Below, in pieces: positions 37,524 through 46,972 of a stretch of 53,344 nt of DNA. Below the pieces are notes generated by a model, which saw only the letters and a list, made by a program, of their open reading frames with translations, did no database searches and was not told the DNA's origin. How positions within the stretch are numbered: position 1 is the stretch's first letter; the number at the start of each line of letters is the position of its first letter. The DNA lies in the IMG/VR virus record IMGVR_UViG_3300030329_003045, positions 1 through 53,344 of that record; one strand, given 5' to 3'. Source of the DNA: a virus. Lineage: Duplodnaviria; Caudoviricetes. The position numbers were made by a program, and so were the translations under genes.

Positions 37524-37541
37524 AGTATATTCCTCTCTTTA

Positions 37542-38063
37542 TTATATATCATCAATTATTGCATATACTTGTGCCTGTATATCTCCTTGAGGAGAACTAG
37601 CTCCCCTATCTTTTTGGTCAGAAATAGCATGTATTCCAGCAATAGGAGCATTCAATTTTGCAAACCAACATTCTCCAGGCCCTATTTCTATAGTGTCTGA
37701 TAAATTATAAGCTGCTGTATCAGCATCTAGACACAAATATATACTATCAGCAGTATTTGCTGTTCCGTCACCTTGAACACTCATATGTCTAATAAATAAA
37801 AATTTTACATTATCACTAGCAGGGGCTACGCTATCAATGCTACTACCAACATCTACACCACCTTGAGTAGCAGAGCTACCTTTTTGAATAAAAGATTTAG
37901 CTGCTATTAAATCAGTAGAAGTCGTTGTAATATCAGTTAATTGATAATACCAACCTTCAGTAGCGTTCGCTGGTGTATATGAAACACTTAAATTACTAAA
38001 TGTCTTAGCTATTTCATCAGGTAATAAAGTTATAGATAATTTTATACTTGCGCTATTCGCCAT
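37542..38063 (-). CDS. Putative virion structural protein
   Basis: Beta-rich, VKFLFIR; structural operon. Confidence 0.6.
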   Translation of the reverse strand: MANSASIKLSITLLPDEIAKTFSNLSVSYTPANATEGWYYQLTDITTTSTDLIAAKSFIQKGSSATQGGVDVGSSIDSVAPASDNVKFLFIRHMSVQGDGTANTADSIYLCLDADTAAYNLSDTIEIGPGECWFAKLNAPIAGIHAISDQKDRGASSPQGDIQAQVYAIIDDI

Positions 38064-38071
38064 TTAATCTC

Positions 38072-39142
38072 CTAGTAGTTTCTCATTCCAGAATACCCTT
38101 GAACCATATAAGGGCCTCTCTTTCTAGAACTTGAAGCCTTTTCAATTTGTTTTCTAAATAATCTCATAAAGTATTCTCTGCCCTCAACATCTCTTAAATC
38201 TTCAGCTATTTTAGCTTTTACATAATAAACTACAGCTTGCGCTTGATAATCTGATAAATCAAGTTTAAATGATTCATCTTCTAATACTTCAACACTCTCA
38301 TAAACAGATATATTCTCTTGAAAAACATTATATATACTTACAGTATCATTCCCACTATCTGCACAAGCAGCGGCAGTTTCAGTATAATCTCCATCACTAT
38401 CTATACTAAATTTTTTATTTAAAGTTATCTTACCTGAGGTTTCATTAGTTGTTAAAGAAAATAACCCATGATTATTACCATTAGCTGCAAGATCTATAAA
38501 TATGTAAGGTGAAACTCTATTTGAATTTATAACATCTTTAAATGTTTCTATATCAACTATAGCTGCTGCATTATCTCCTATAAAAGTTTCATCGTCTGCT
38601 TCAAATGTTCCAACCACACTTATATGTGAAGGTTTTAAATTGCATCTAGTTTTTAATGTTAATACTCCAGAAGCGCTTCCAGTAGATTTTACTTGATGAA
38701 GTCCAGACCATCTTCCAGAACCTTCTATATATATCCAATCATCAGCAGCAAATAAAGACGATAAGTCAACTACAGATGAAGCTCCTGAAAATGTAAACAA
38801 TAATAAATTAGTTCCATCTGAACCCCAACCTAAAAACCTATGAAAATCACTTCCTTCTGTTCCTGTAGACTGAATATTAAAAGTTGGAGCATATGAATAC
38901 TCTATTTCTATACCATCTGCTACAGATTCTTTAGGACTTATATATTTTTCCCAAATTCCAGAGCTACTAGCACTAGAACTAGGAATCCATTGCCCTCCAG
39001 CTGCTTCACAAGTATCCTTTGTACTATATCCACTTAAAGTACAATGAGCAACAGCAAGATTACCACTACCACCACTCATCTCAGACTCAACTATTGAAAA
39101 CTTATTACCTTTATTATAATATGCATATTTTTTAAACGCCAT
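38072..39142 (-). CDS. Putative tail/adaptor-associated virion protein
   Basis: Likely start MAFKKY at 39142; C-terminal AVVYYVKAK..ED...YF helix like head-tail adaptors. Confidence 0.55.
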   Translation of the reverse strand: MAFKKYAYYNKGNKFSIVESEMSGGSGNLAVAHCTLSGYSTKDTCEAAGGQWIPSSSASSSGIWEKYISPKESVADGIEIEYSYAPTFNIQSTGTEGSDFHRFLGWGSDGTNLLLFTFSGASSVVDLSSLFAADDWIYIEGSGRWSGLHQVKSTGSASGVLTLKTRCNLKPSHISVVGTFEADDETFIGDNAAAIVDIETFKDVINSNRVSPYIFIDLAANGNNHGLFSLTTNETSGKITLNKKFSIDSDGDYTETAAACADSGNDTVSIYNVFQENISVYESVEVLEDESFKLDLSDYQAQAVVYYVKAKIAEDLRDVEGREYFMRLFRKQIEKASSSRKRGPYMVQGYSGMRNY

Positions 39143-39413
39143 CAGAATCCTTTGTATATGGTTCAGAAATAGATCTTGGTATACTTCTATATTCTCCACT
39201 TCCATTTTCGTGATTTTTACATCGTATATCTAATATTTTAGCTGCATTGTTAGGAAACTCATAAAATCTTTGTCCAGAAACTATATCAATACGATCAATT
39301 TTTGTGTGTGTTTCATGCTCTGTTGCAATCTCCTGTAAAGCCTCTTTTATATATACTATAGCTCTACCAGTTTGATTTATACCTGCTCTTTCCATTATTT
39401 CTTGTACTGTCAT
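39132..39413 (-). CDS. Small adaptor-like virion protein (N-terminal half of adaptor fold)
   Basis: MTVQEIMER...YIKEAL.EI...GQRFY.FP...ILDIR. Confidence 0.55.
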   Translation of the reverse strand: MTVQEIMERAGINQTGRAIVYIKEALQEIATEHETHTKIDRIDIVSGQRFYEFPNNAAKILDIRCKNHENGSGEYRSIPRSISEPYTKDSDGV

Positions 39414-40729
39414 TATCTGCCTCCTGCTGGCTGCTGTTTTGGAGCTTCAATCATAAAAGCTTCAGCATATTGTTGTCTAAAATTTTGTATTAATTGGCTT
39501 TGTTGTTGAAATTGAGCAGCTAATTCTTGTCTTCTAGCTTGCGCTTCTGCAGTATAAGTTTGAGCTGATTGTAAATAAGATTGCGCTGTACTAACATATG
39601 CTTGAACAGCTTGAGTTTTAGCAGATGTAAATCCAGCTCTAGCTTGAACTTCTGCGCTCCATCCAGCTATCTCAGAAGATAAGGTTTGTGCTACAGCGTT
39701 CCATTCAGCTAAATGAGCTTGAGCTCTTTGAATCTCTGTTTGAGCAGTTTGTAAAGTAGCCGCTACCATTTCAGTATCTTCATCATTCAACCAAAATCCA
39801 ACACTTTTAGGTTTAGCATCATCACCAGATCCAGAATCTTCATCTGTTTCAAAACCAGTATCAATAGCATCTCTAGCTAATTCTAATGCATCTTGTACAT
39901 GAGCCAACCCTATACCTGATTTATATTGAGTTTCATCACCAAATAAAGCAGGACCATCTGCACTTTCATTTGCTCTAAAGTTATTTATAGCATTTCTCAT
40001 TCCAGTAAATGCTGCAGGAAAATCACTACTACCACTAGCAGAATCAACCTGTGCTGCAATTTCTGCTGCTTCATACTTCGCTAACAAAACTTCAGCAACA
40101 GCAAGATCAATATTAGTCTTAATTGCACCTAAAGCTGCAGTTATATCACTATTAGCGCCACTTGTATTAGCAATTGCAGCTTCTAATGATCTTATTGAAG
40201 CAAATAATACTACTAAATATACTTTATCTTTAGGGAAATAATTAAGATCATTATGATTATATGCTAAAGTAGAATCGCTACTATTAACAGGAGTTTCATT
40301 TACATAATAAATCTTATAAGAATCTGCTCCGCCTGATGAAGGTTCTGGATAAACTGAAACAGCCCCATCACCAGCTCTTAAAAAGGCTGGATTAAATTTA
40401 GACGCATAATGTATACTACTTGCATCTTCAACTCTTGACTGAACATCTAAAGTTATTTCTCTACAACCCCTCCAATCATCATTAGTTCCAGACTCTCTTA
40501 CAACAGAAATTAACTTACCTATATTAGCTCCTAATCCACCCTGACTATCAGAAGGATCTGTTAATCTAGCAAATAATGATGCATCTTGAGGTTTCATAGC
40601 GAGATGTTTTTGTGTAACATCAATAACTCCGTCAGTTAACATCTGTGTTAATTGAGTTTCAGTCGGAACAGTACCAGAACTACTAATAGTTATTCCAGTT
40701 AACATCCTTACTTGATCATCAAAATTCAT
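39413..40729 (-). CDS. Head-tail adaptor-like protein with long coiled-coil extension
   Basis: LTDG..DV, YASKFNP, VYPEP, YFP...YLVVL.AS; Ala/Gln coiled coil. Confidence 0.6.
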   Translation of the reverse strand: MNFDDQVRMLTGITISSSGTVPTETQLTQMLTDGVIDVTQKHLAMKPQDASLFARLTDPSDSQGGLGANIGKLISVVRESGTNDDWRGCREITLDVQSRVEDASSIHYASKFNPAFLRAGDGAVSVYPEPSSGGADSYKIYYVNETPVNSSDSTLAYNHNDLNYFPKDKVYLVVLFASIRSLEAAIANTSGANSDITAALGAIKTNIDLAVAEVLLAKYEAAEIAAQVDSASGSSDFPAAFTGMRNAINNFRANESADGPALFGDETQYKSGIGLAHVQDALELARDAIDTGFETDEDSGSGDDAKPKSVGFWLNDEDTEMVAATLQTAQTEIQRAQAHLAEWNAVAQTLSSEIAGWSAEVQARAGFTSAKTQAVQAYVSTAQSYLQSAQTYTAEAQARRQELAAQFQQQSQLIQNFRQQYAEAFMIEAPKQQPAGGR

Positions 40730-40746
40730 TTATTTCCTTTAGTTTA

Positions 40747-40787
40747 ACCCACCCCCCTGAGAGAACACACTATCAGGAGGGCGAGTC
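40747..40787 (-). terminator. Hairpin after the capsid/decoration genes (possible terminator)
   Basis: Minus strand CCCTCCTGA...TCAGGGGGTGGG stem in the intergenic gap; weak U-tract. Confidence 0.4.
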
Positions 40788-40802
40788 ATTATTTATTTAT
40801 TG

Positions 40803-41219
40803 TTATGTCAGTGACATATGGTTCGCATCATGTTCCTGTCCAGAAACGTAGAAGTTACTCCCATCGCAGATTAGCTCAGCCCATTCTCCTGGCTCACAAG
40901 CCGCTAAGAATTTAAGCTCATCTACTCCACTTTCAGCAGATTCTGCAGCAGCACCATCGGCTGACACAATCATACCTATTAAAGTATCTTCACTAGAATC
41001 TGGAGCAATAGTAACATCTGAACTACCACCAGTAGTTACAATAAACTTACAATTCCAACCAACACCAGCATCTGCTGCTTTAGGCAGAGATATAGTGTAA
41101 GCTGAAGCAGCATTTATTGTAAATACTTTTCCAGAATCAGAAGGATCCAATGTCTTTGCAGCTGTAATTTCTTCAACTACAGTACCGCCATAACTAGCTC
41201 TTGAACCTAGTTTAGCCAT
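40803..41219 (-). CDS. Capsid decoration/cement-like protein
   Basis: TLDPSDSGKVF...TISLP...G...F...CDGSNFYV; directly after the capsid gene. Confidence 0.65.
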   Translation of the reverse strand: MAKLGSRASYGGTVVEEITAAKTLDPSDSGKVFTINAASAYTISLPKAADAGVGWNCKFIVTTGGSSDVTIAPDSSEDTLIGMIVSADGAAAESAESGVDELKFLAACEPGEWAELICDGSNFYVSGQEHDANHMSLT

Positions 41220-41230
41220 TAGTTACCTCC

Positions 41231-41704
41231 TTACGATTGATCAGCATAAACTACTGCTGTTGCTGTTGCAGAACATATTTGACCATATGTATACCAAAGA
41301 TTGTTATAACATACAAGTCTAAACCATGTTCCATTATCAACCGTTTTTAATGCTACAACAGAGTTACTATTCCCATCAGGTAAGATAGGAACTAACGCTT
41401 CTGCTCCATCTGTAGTTGCATCAGTATCTAAGATACTTAATCCACCTACAAAATATCTATCATCAGATTGAGTATCTATAGTAATATCATGAGCTTCAGC
41501 AGCACCAGCTATGTAAGCGAAATCAAACGTCATACCGTTTTTTACATCACTAGGAAGTTTAATGGTTTTTGCAGCGCCATCACCCATAATGATTGTACCA
41601 CCAGCATCAGATGATTTTAATGTAACGCTTGAGTTTACAAAAACACAAGACCCTACATCTATAGCATCATCAGCTTTATTTTGTCCATATAAAGGATTTG
41701 CCAT
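41231..41704 (-). CDS. Capsid decoration/cement-like protein (paralogue)
   Basis: MANPLYGQNKAD, TLKSSDAG...TIKLP...G..F.F. Confidence 0.65.
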   Translation of the reverse strand: MANPLYGQNKADDAIDVGSCVFVNSSVTLKSSDAGGTIIMGDGAAKTIKLPSDVKNGMTFDFAYIAGAAEAHDITIDTQSDDRYFVGGLSILDTDATTDGAEALVPILPDGNSNSVVALKTVDNGTWFRLVCYNNLWYTYGQICSATATAVVYADQS

Positions 41705-41718
41705 TATTCATATCCTCC

Positions 41719-43278
41719 TTATGTCCACAGAGCGTGAGTCTCAGGACAACACCACTCCATGCCAGCTTCAGTTAAGATTTGATCTACTCTACGATCGACT
41801 CCTGAGTTCTCTAATGTCTGAACTCCTACGTAGACTGAAGTATCTCTGTTAATACCATTACCAACTAATGGTCTGTATGCACAGTATTTCATGTTAATAC
41901 CAATCATTTTAACATTAGTACCATCTAAGTGCACATTTCGTGCTACATTCATATCACCATATACAGTTGATATAGTTGTTATATCTATGCCAAACACTTT
42001 TTTCTTACCTGATATTGAGAAATCTGCTCTGTAGTTAGGCGAAATTTCAATATTGTTAGCAAAGTAACCAGATAATTTATGTAGCCAATTGTATGTTGCT
42101 GTATCACAGAAAAATACAGTTGAACCAGCATTATTATATCTAGGATCTAGCATTGCTGACAAGTCATCTAAGAAAGAGTCTTGTGTTTTAGTAGCATGTG
42201 TTAAGCTAAACTTATTACCATATGTTGAAATAAAGTTAACCGCACCTTCTGTTGTTCCATAAGTAGAACTATATGAACCAAACAATAATGCGTTTTCAAT
42301 ATCCCATTTATGTTCAATTAGTTTTTCTTTCCAGATTCGAGCCCATTCGTTACCTTCATATTTTAAAACTGTAGCTCTATCAGTATTATTCATAACTGCT
42401 GAAGTTTTGAAAATCTGAGTTTGACCATAGTTTGTAGAATATGGTTGGTCTGCCCAAGTTTCTGGATAACCAGTACCTGCGCCAAAAGCTGAACCTACAA
42501 CATAGCATTTAAAGTTTTCCATAAACTCTGTAGACTTTGTTGTTGTTGTATATGTAGAAGAATCATATGCTAATCCAGCACCAGATTCATCTGTTACATC
42601 AGTGCCAGCAGTTGCGTCTGTAAAGAATACAGCTGATCCAGAACCTTTAACACAAGTTGCATTAACGATCGCTTTATTAACTGTTGCACTAGGTGTTCCG
42701 CTTTCACCTTGAGTATCAAGATCTACACTATTAACTTTCCATAATGTATATCCTGAAACTGTACCAGCATCTGCATTAGCTTCACTAGAAGCATGAGGTA
42801 TTTTGATTATTTGACCAGGTATAAAGAACTTTGGTTGAGTTCCATCAATACCTTCCGCATAATCAACTACTTGACCATATACATTCTGCATGTTACCGTC
42901 ATTATTATAATCGGTAAAAAATCCAAAACTATATACATTTCCAGCTGCAGGAGTTCCAGTTGTTGCTGGATCTGTTGCAGGCTCTGTTATAGCTGCAGTA
43001 CTAAAATCAGCCATATATGCATATCGTTTTGTATAAGATGATCGCTTTTCAGTAAATTTGAATGCAGGATCATCTGTTGGTTTTTTGGAAACCATACTTA
43101 AAAATCTAAAGAATGGATCTTGTGATAAAGCTAACTCTGATACATAATCACCAAAGTTATACTTTCTACGTAACGCACCAGTATCTAACGTGGCGTTACC
43201 ACTCGCAGAACCATCTAAAGTATTAAGACCGCCTCCACTATATAGGCTATTACCGCCTATAGTATTGCTATCTGCCAT
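41719..43278 (-). CDS. Major capsid protein
   Basis: After scaffold; DPFFRFLS, FKFTEKR, GQTQIFKT, KLIEHKWDIENALLFG, QILTEAGME. Confidence 0.88.
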   Translation of the reverse strand: MADSNTIGGNSLYSGGGLNTLDGSASGNATLDTGALRRKYNFGDYVSELALSQDPFFRFLSMVSKKPTDDPAFKFTEKRSSYTKRYAYMADFSTAAITEPATDPATTGTPAAGNVYSFGFFTDYNNDGNMQNVYGQVVDYAEGIDGTQPKFFIPGQIIKIPHASSEANADAGTVSGYTLWKVNSVDLDTQGESGTPSATVNKAIVNATCVKGSGSAVFFTDATAGTDVTDESGAGLAYDSSTYTTTTKSTEFMENFKCYVVGSAFGAGTGYPETWADQPYSTNYGQTQIFKTSAVMNNTDRATVLKYEGNEWARIWKEKLIEHKWDIENALLFGSYSSTYGTTEGAVNFISTYGNKFSLTHATKTQDSFLDDLSAMLDPRYNNAGSTVFFCDTATYNWLHKLSGYFANNIEISPNYRADFSISGKKKVFGIDITTISTVYGDMNVARNVHLDGTNVKMIGINMKYCAYRPLVGNGINRDTSVYVGVQTLENSGVDRRVDQILTEAGMEWCCPETHALWT

Positions 43279-43329
43279 CTTATCTCCTTAAAAGATTAAA
43301 AATTAAGCTTGGACAGATTAAAAATTTAT

Positions 43330-44238
43330 CTACCCAAACAAGTTATCTACGCTATTATCATTGCCGAGAATTGAATCAAAGACACCTCTGTCTTCACTCG
43401 TTATTCCGCCTTGACTATTAGCTCCACTAGCAGATGTAGGCATATTTCGTACATTTTTCATTTGAGAAAGCATCTCTTGCTTCGTATTTGTAGCAACATT
43501 TTGAGCTGTTTGATTCTTATTTAACAAATAATGAACATCATCTAAAGTCATAGTATGCTTTGAAGCTTGCTCTTTAAAAGCAGCATATTGCTCATCAGTC
43601 ATTCCATGTTTAGCTTTAAAATCTATTTCATCTTTTTGCAATTTCTGAGCTTGATACATTTGCATGGATCTTTGTCGCTCAGATTGAGCAATTTGCCCGA
43701 CTCTTTGACTAACTAATGTATCTACATGAGCATTCATTAATTTAGCACTATCAGATTCAGGGTCTGTCATTGCTTCTTGTTGATCAAACACAAAATCTTC
43801 ATCAAGCCCTAATTTCTCTTGAAGAGATTTTGCTGGTGCTCCACCTTCTTTGAAATAATTACGAACATGTTCTACAAGTCCGCTATCTTTTTTCATAGCA
43901 TTGAGAACAGGTACAAATTGTTCAACTTGTTTGTACTGATCTCTCCACTTAACGGCCTCTCGACTACTATCTGTATATCGTTTTTGCCAGTCCGTGCCGT
44001 CATTGGACTGTTCAGCCACTCTATTGGAGCCATTGTCATAATTAGCGTGGGTTACCTGTTCGGGGCCACTTGATTGACTTTGGGTTGCCTCAGCGTCTAC
44101 TATACCACCATTTACTTGGTTTTCAAGATCATTAAAAAAAGCACTGGAGCCTGAATCGGTTGCTTCTTGGACTGACCCAGCTTCTTCAAGCGAGTCACCT
44201 TGCATACCAATTTCAGGGTTACCTTTAGTTTCTTCCAT
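43330..44238 (-). CDS. Capsid scaffolding protein
   Basis: Acidic N-terminus, WQKRYTDSSREA coiled coil, between portal and capsid genes. Confidence 0.8.
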   Translation of the reverse strand: MEETKGNPEIGMQGDSLEEAGSVQEATDSGSSAFFNDLENQVNGGIVDAEATQSQSSGPEQVTHANYDNGSNRVAEQSNDGTDWQKRYTDSSREAVKWRDQYKQVEQFVPVLNAMKKDSGLVEHVRNYFKEGGAPAKSLQEKLGLDEDFVFDQQEAMTDPESDSAKLMNAHVDTLVSQRVGQIAQSERQRSMQMYQAQKLQKDEIDFKAKHGMTDEQYAAFKEQASKHTMTLDDVHYLLNKNQTAQNVATNTKQEMLSQMKNVRNMPTSASGANSQGGITSEDRGVFDSILGNDNSVDNLFG

Positions 44239-44268
44239 GATTTCTCCTTTTTTACTAGTTATAGTTTA

Positions 44269-46569
44269 TTAATTTTCAGTTGTATTTTCCAAATCTTTTT
44301 TAAAGTTTTGAACTACATCGCCCATTCTAGCCTTTTGAAGGTTCGCATTACCACCCATAAGACCTCTTAATAACTTTTGTTCACCTTCTGTTTGAATCAA
44401 CTCTTCTTTCATCCCAGTTTTTATCTGTTCTTTTTGTTTATTGATTTCAACATCAGCTTGCATAACTTTTTGTTTTATACCTGCCTGAACAAGTTGTCTT
44501 TCAAGAGTTTCAATGGTTCCTTCTTTATCTTTTAATACTTCAGATAACTGTTGAACTTGGCCTTGCAATTGAGCATAAAGAGATTTACGTTGAACAATCT
44601 TATCTTTGTTCCTGATATCTGTTTCAGCAAGAACTGCTACATCATCAACAACTCCCATTTGCATTAACTGTTTTAATTCTTCTAAATACGCCCATCTATT
44701 TATTGGTAAAGTAGAACCAGATATAATTCTGATGTCATACTTTTGAGCAGCTATATCCATAGACTTACCAATAGCTTCTCCTAAATCATTATAAACAGGA
44801 ATATTAATTTCTTGATCTTTACCTTCTTGGATGGCGCTAGGTTGAATTATTCTAAATCTTTTATTTGCTGTATAAGTTGCTTGAGCAAACTGAATAACAA
44901 TTTGACCTAACTGCTTCAAAGCTGGTTCTATTGAAGTATTCATCCATTGTTTAATTCTTCGTGTTCCATATTCATCTAATGCTAACATACCTCTATATGT
45001 TTCAGCAGCACCAGATTGATCACCCATCATAGAACTATATATTCCAGCTAAGTACTCCATATCACTTTTGCCTTGTTGTACTATCTGGAAGAATGCACTT
45101 GATAATGGAGCAGGTTGAACAGGTGTGGGAGGAGTTACTCCTGGTCTAATAGGAAGTAACGCTCCAGGAGCACTTGAGTATTTTTCCCAAGTCTCTGCAT
45201 CTATAGAACCTTCTTCATACATCCATCTTAAAGACGAACCTAATGAAGCATTATGCACCATAATTTGATGAGCTTTATTTATTTCTTGCTGTTTGCCTAT
45301 AAGAGGTGAAACAGCACTTATTGGAAATGGAGTTCCAGTCCATTTAAAATGGAAAGGTATTACTGGATATTCTACTACAGATTCTGGTAATACATATTCA
45401 TATAAAACTTTATCTCCTACTACACAAGTTTGTTTTATTCTTGTGCTATAAAATTGTACTGCATCAACCACATTTTTAGCAAACTCTTTATCTTGAGATA
45501 TTGCTTTAAATTCTTTTTCAGAAATAACAGTATTTTCAATTTTAGATGCTTCAGCTTGTAATTGACTCATACATTCTTGATAAAAAGTCTGTAATTGTTG
45601 CTCCATCATTTCTGTAGCTTTTTTCATTTCAAGTTCAAACCTTTGTGGTAACATCTCGCCCTTTTGAACAGCTTCTTGCATTTGGTTTTGCTGTTCTAAT
45701 AATTGAACTTCCATTTCAGCTTGTTGCTCTTGTAGCATAACATCACATTGTTCTTTAATAGCTTTTAATTTTTCCTCATCTGGTGGTATTCTATAGAAAA
45801 CATTAACATAAGATATTTTGACTTTTTCATAAAGTTCAAAGTATTCTGCTAACTGATCATTTTCCCCAGAAGCTGTTATTCCTACACCAGATTGTTCAGT
45901 AGCATCATTATAAGAAAATAACTTCTGGTCATCATCTCCCATAAATCTTCCACTATAAGACCTTTGCTGCTGTTCATTACTACTAGAAGCATTTATCTTT
46001 CTTTTTTGACCTGGAAATAATTTGATTAAATGGTTTTTAGGAAGTACTTTTCTTATCATTATAAATGCAGCATCTTTAAACAACATATCTCTAGATTTAG
46101 GATCTACATAAATATCAAACGGTTCAGGTTGTTGAATTACAACTTCACCCATTCCATTATCAGCATCCTTATCTACAGTAACAAGTAAATATCCTACACC
46201 CTTTGTAACAGAGTCATTAATAGCATTTGTATATAAAGTAGAACCATTAGAACCATTCCATATATAGTCTGATAAGTCTGATATTGCTGCTGCAACATCT
46301 GTATCGCTACCTTCTGTTCCAACTGCTTGCCATCTAGGACTATTTGCAGTAGCATAAAAATTAAGCATTTCAACAACAGGAAGAATTCTATTTATTGTAA
46401 AAGTAGGCATCCCTTGTTCTTCAAGAGAATTTTTTTCAATACTAGTCAATTGTTCATCATGAGCAAAATCATACCCTTTCTGATTAACATTTTCCCATTG
46501 TTTTCTACTCCAGTTATTTGCTAAATCATATAACTGTCTAATTTCATGTGCTTTATTTTTTTTAGCCAT
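44269..46569 (-). CDS. Portal protein (P22-like)
   Basis: PTFTINRI.P.V, FDIYVDP.SRD..F.DA, YPVIP, Q.EINK, YDIRI..G, C-terminal coiled coil. Confidence 0.9.
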   Translation of the reverse strand: MAKKNKAHEIRQLYDLANNWSRKQWENVNQKGYDFAHDEQLTSIEKNSLEEQGMPTFTINRILPVVEMLNFYATANSPRWQAVGTEGSDTDVAAAISDLSDYIWNGSNGSTLYTNAINDSVTKGVGYLLVTVDKDADNGMGEVVIQQPEPFDIYVDPKSRDMLFKDAAFIMIRKVLPKNHLIKLFPGQKRKINASSSNEQQQRSYSGRFMGDDDQKLFSYNDATEQSGVGITASGENDQLAEYFELYEKVKISYVNVFYRIPPDEEKLKAIKEQCDVMLQEQQAEMEVQLLEQQNQMQEAVQKGEMLPQRFELEMKKATEMMEQQLQTFYQECMSQLQAEASKIENTVISEKEFKAISQDKEFAKNVVDAVQFYSTRIKQTCVVGDKVLYEYVLPESVVEYPVIPFHFKWTGTPFPISAVSPLIGKQQEINKAHQIMVHNASLGSSLRWMYEEGSIDAETWEKYSSAPGALLPIRPGVTPPTPVQPAPLSSAFFQIVQQGKSDMEYLAGIYSSMMGDQSGAAETYRGMLALDEYGTRRIKQWMNTSIEPALKQLGQIVIQFAQATYTANKRFRIIQPSAIQEGKDQEINIPVYNDLGEAIGKSMDIAAQKYDIRIISGSTLPINRWAYLEELKQLMQMGVVDDVAVLAETDIRNKDKIVQRKSLYAQLQGQVQQLSEVLKDKEGTIETLERQLVQAGIKQKVMQADVEINKQKEQIKTGMKEELIQTEGEQKLLRGLMGGNANLQKARMGDVVQNFKKDLENTTEN

Positions 46570-46571
46570 TA

Positions 46572-46964
46572 TTACTCCTTAATTTCAAAATGAGGAAAGT
46601 CATCAAAATTATTATCATCTACTTCAAAGTTTTGATTCCAATCCCCTCCCCAACGAAGGTTTATACCCATTGATCTAGCTGTTCCTAAAACAAAACCAGC
46701 GAAGAGGTGGAAACGTTCTCTATCAGACCAATCAATAGGATAAGGAACCACATCGACAGCCCTGCTAGGATTATGATTATGACGACCATTGGGGAACATA
46801 ACTTTTGTTTTACCTTCTGCATAAAGTTTATTTTGTCTTGCTTCATTTCTATTGCCCTCTATTACTGAACAGTCAACATGTTTTATTACTTCATTAAAAA
46901 CTTTTCTTAACCTTTCATCACAGGTTGCTAAATTAGTTCTACTTCTTTTTCCAAAATAAGGCAT
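46572..46964 (-). CDS. Endolysin, peptidase M15 (L-Ala-D-Glu peptidase-like)
   Basis: EG.R...RQ, HN..PSRAVD, RWGGDW, D.PHFE. Confidence 0.9.
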   Translation of the reverse strand: MPYFGKRSRTNLATCDERLRKVFNEVIKHVDCSVIEGNRNEARQNKLYAEGKTKVMFPNGRHNHNPSRAVDVVPYPIDWSDRERFHLFAGFVLGTARSMGINLRWGGDWNQNFEVDDNNFDDFPHFEIKE

Positions 46965-46972
46965 TTGTTCTC

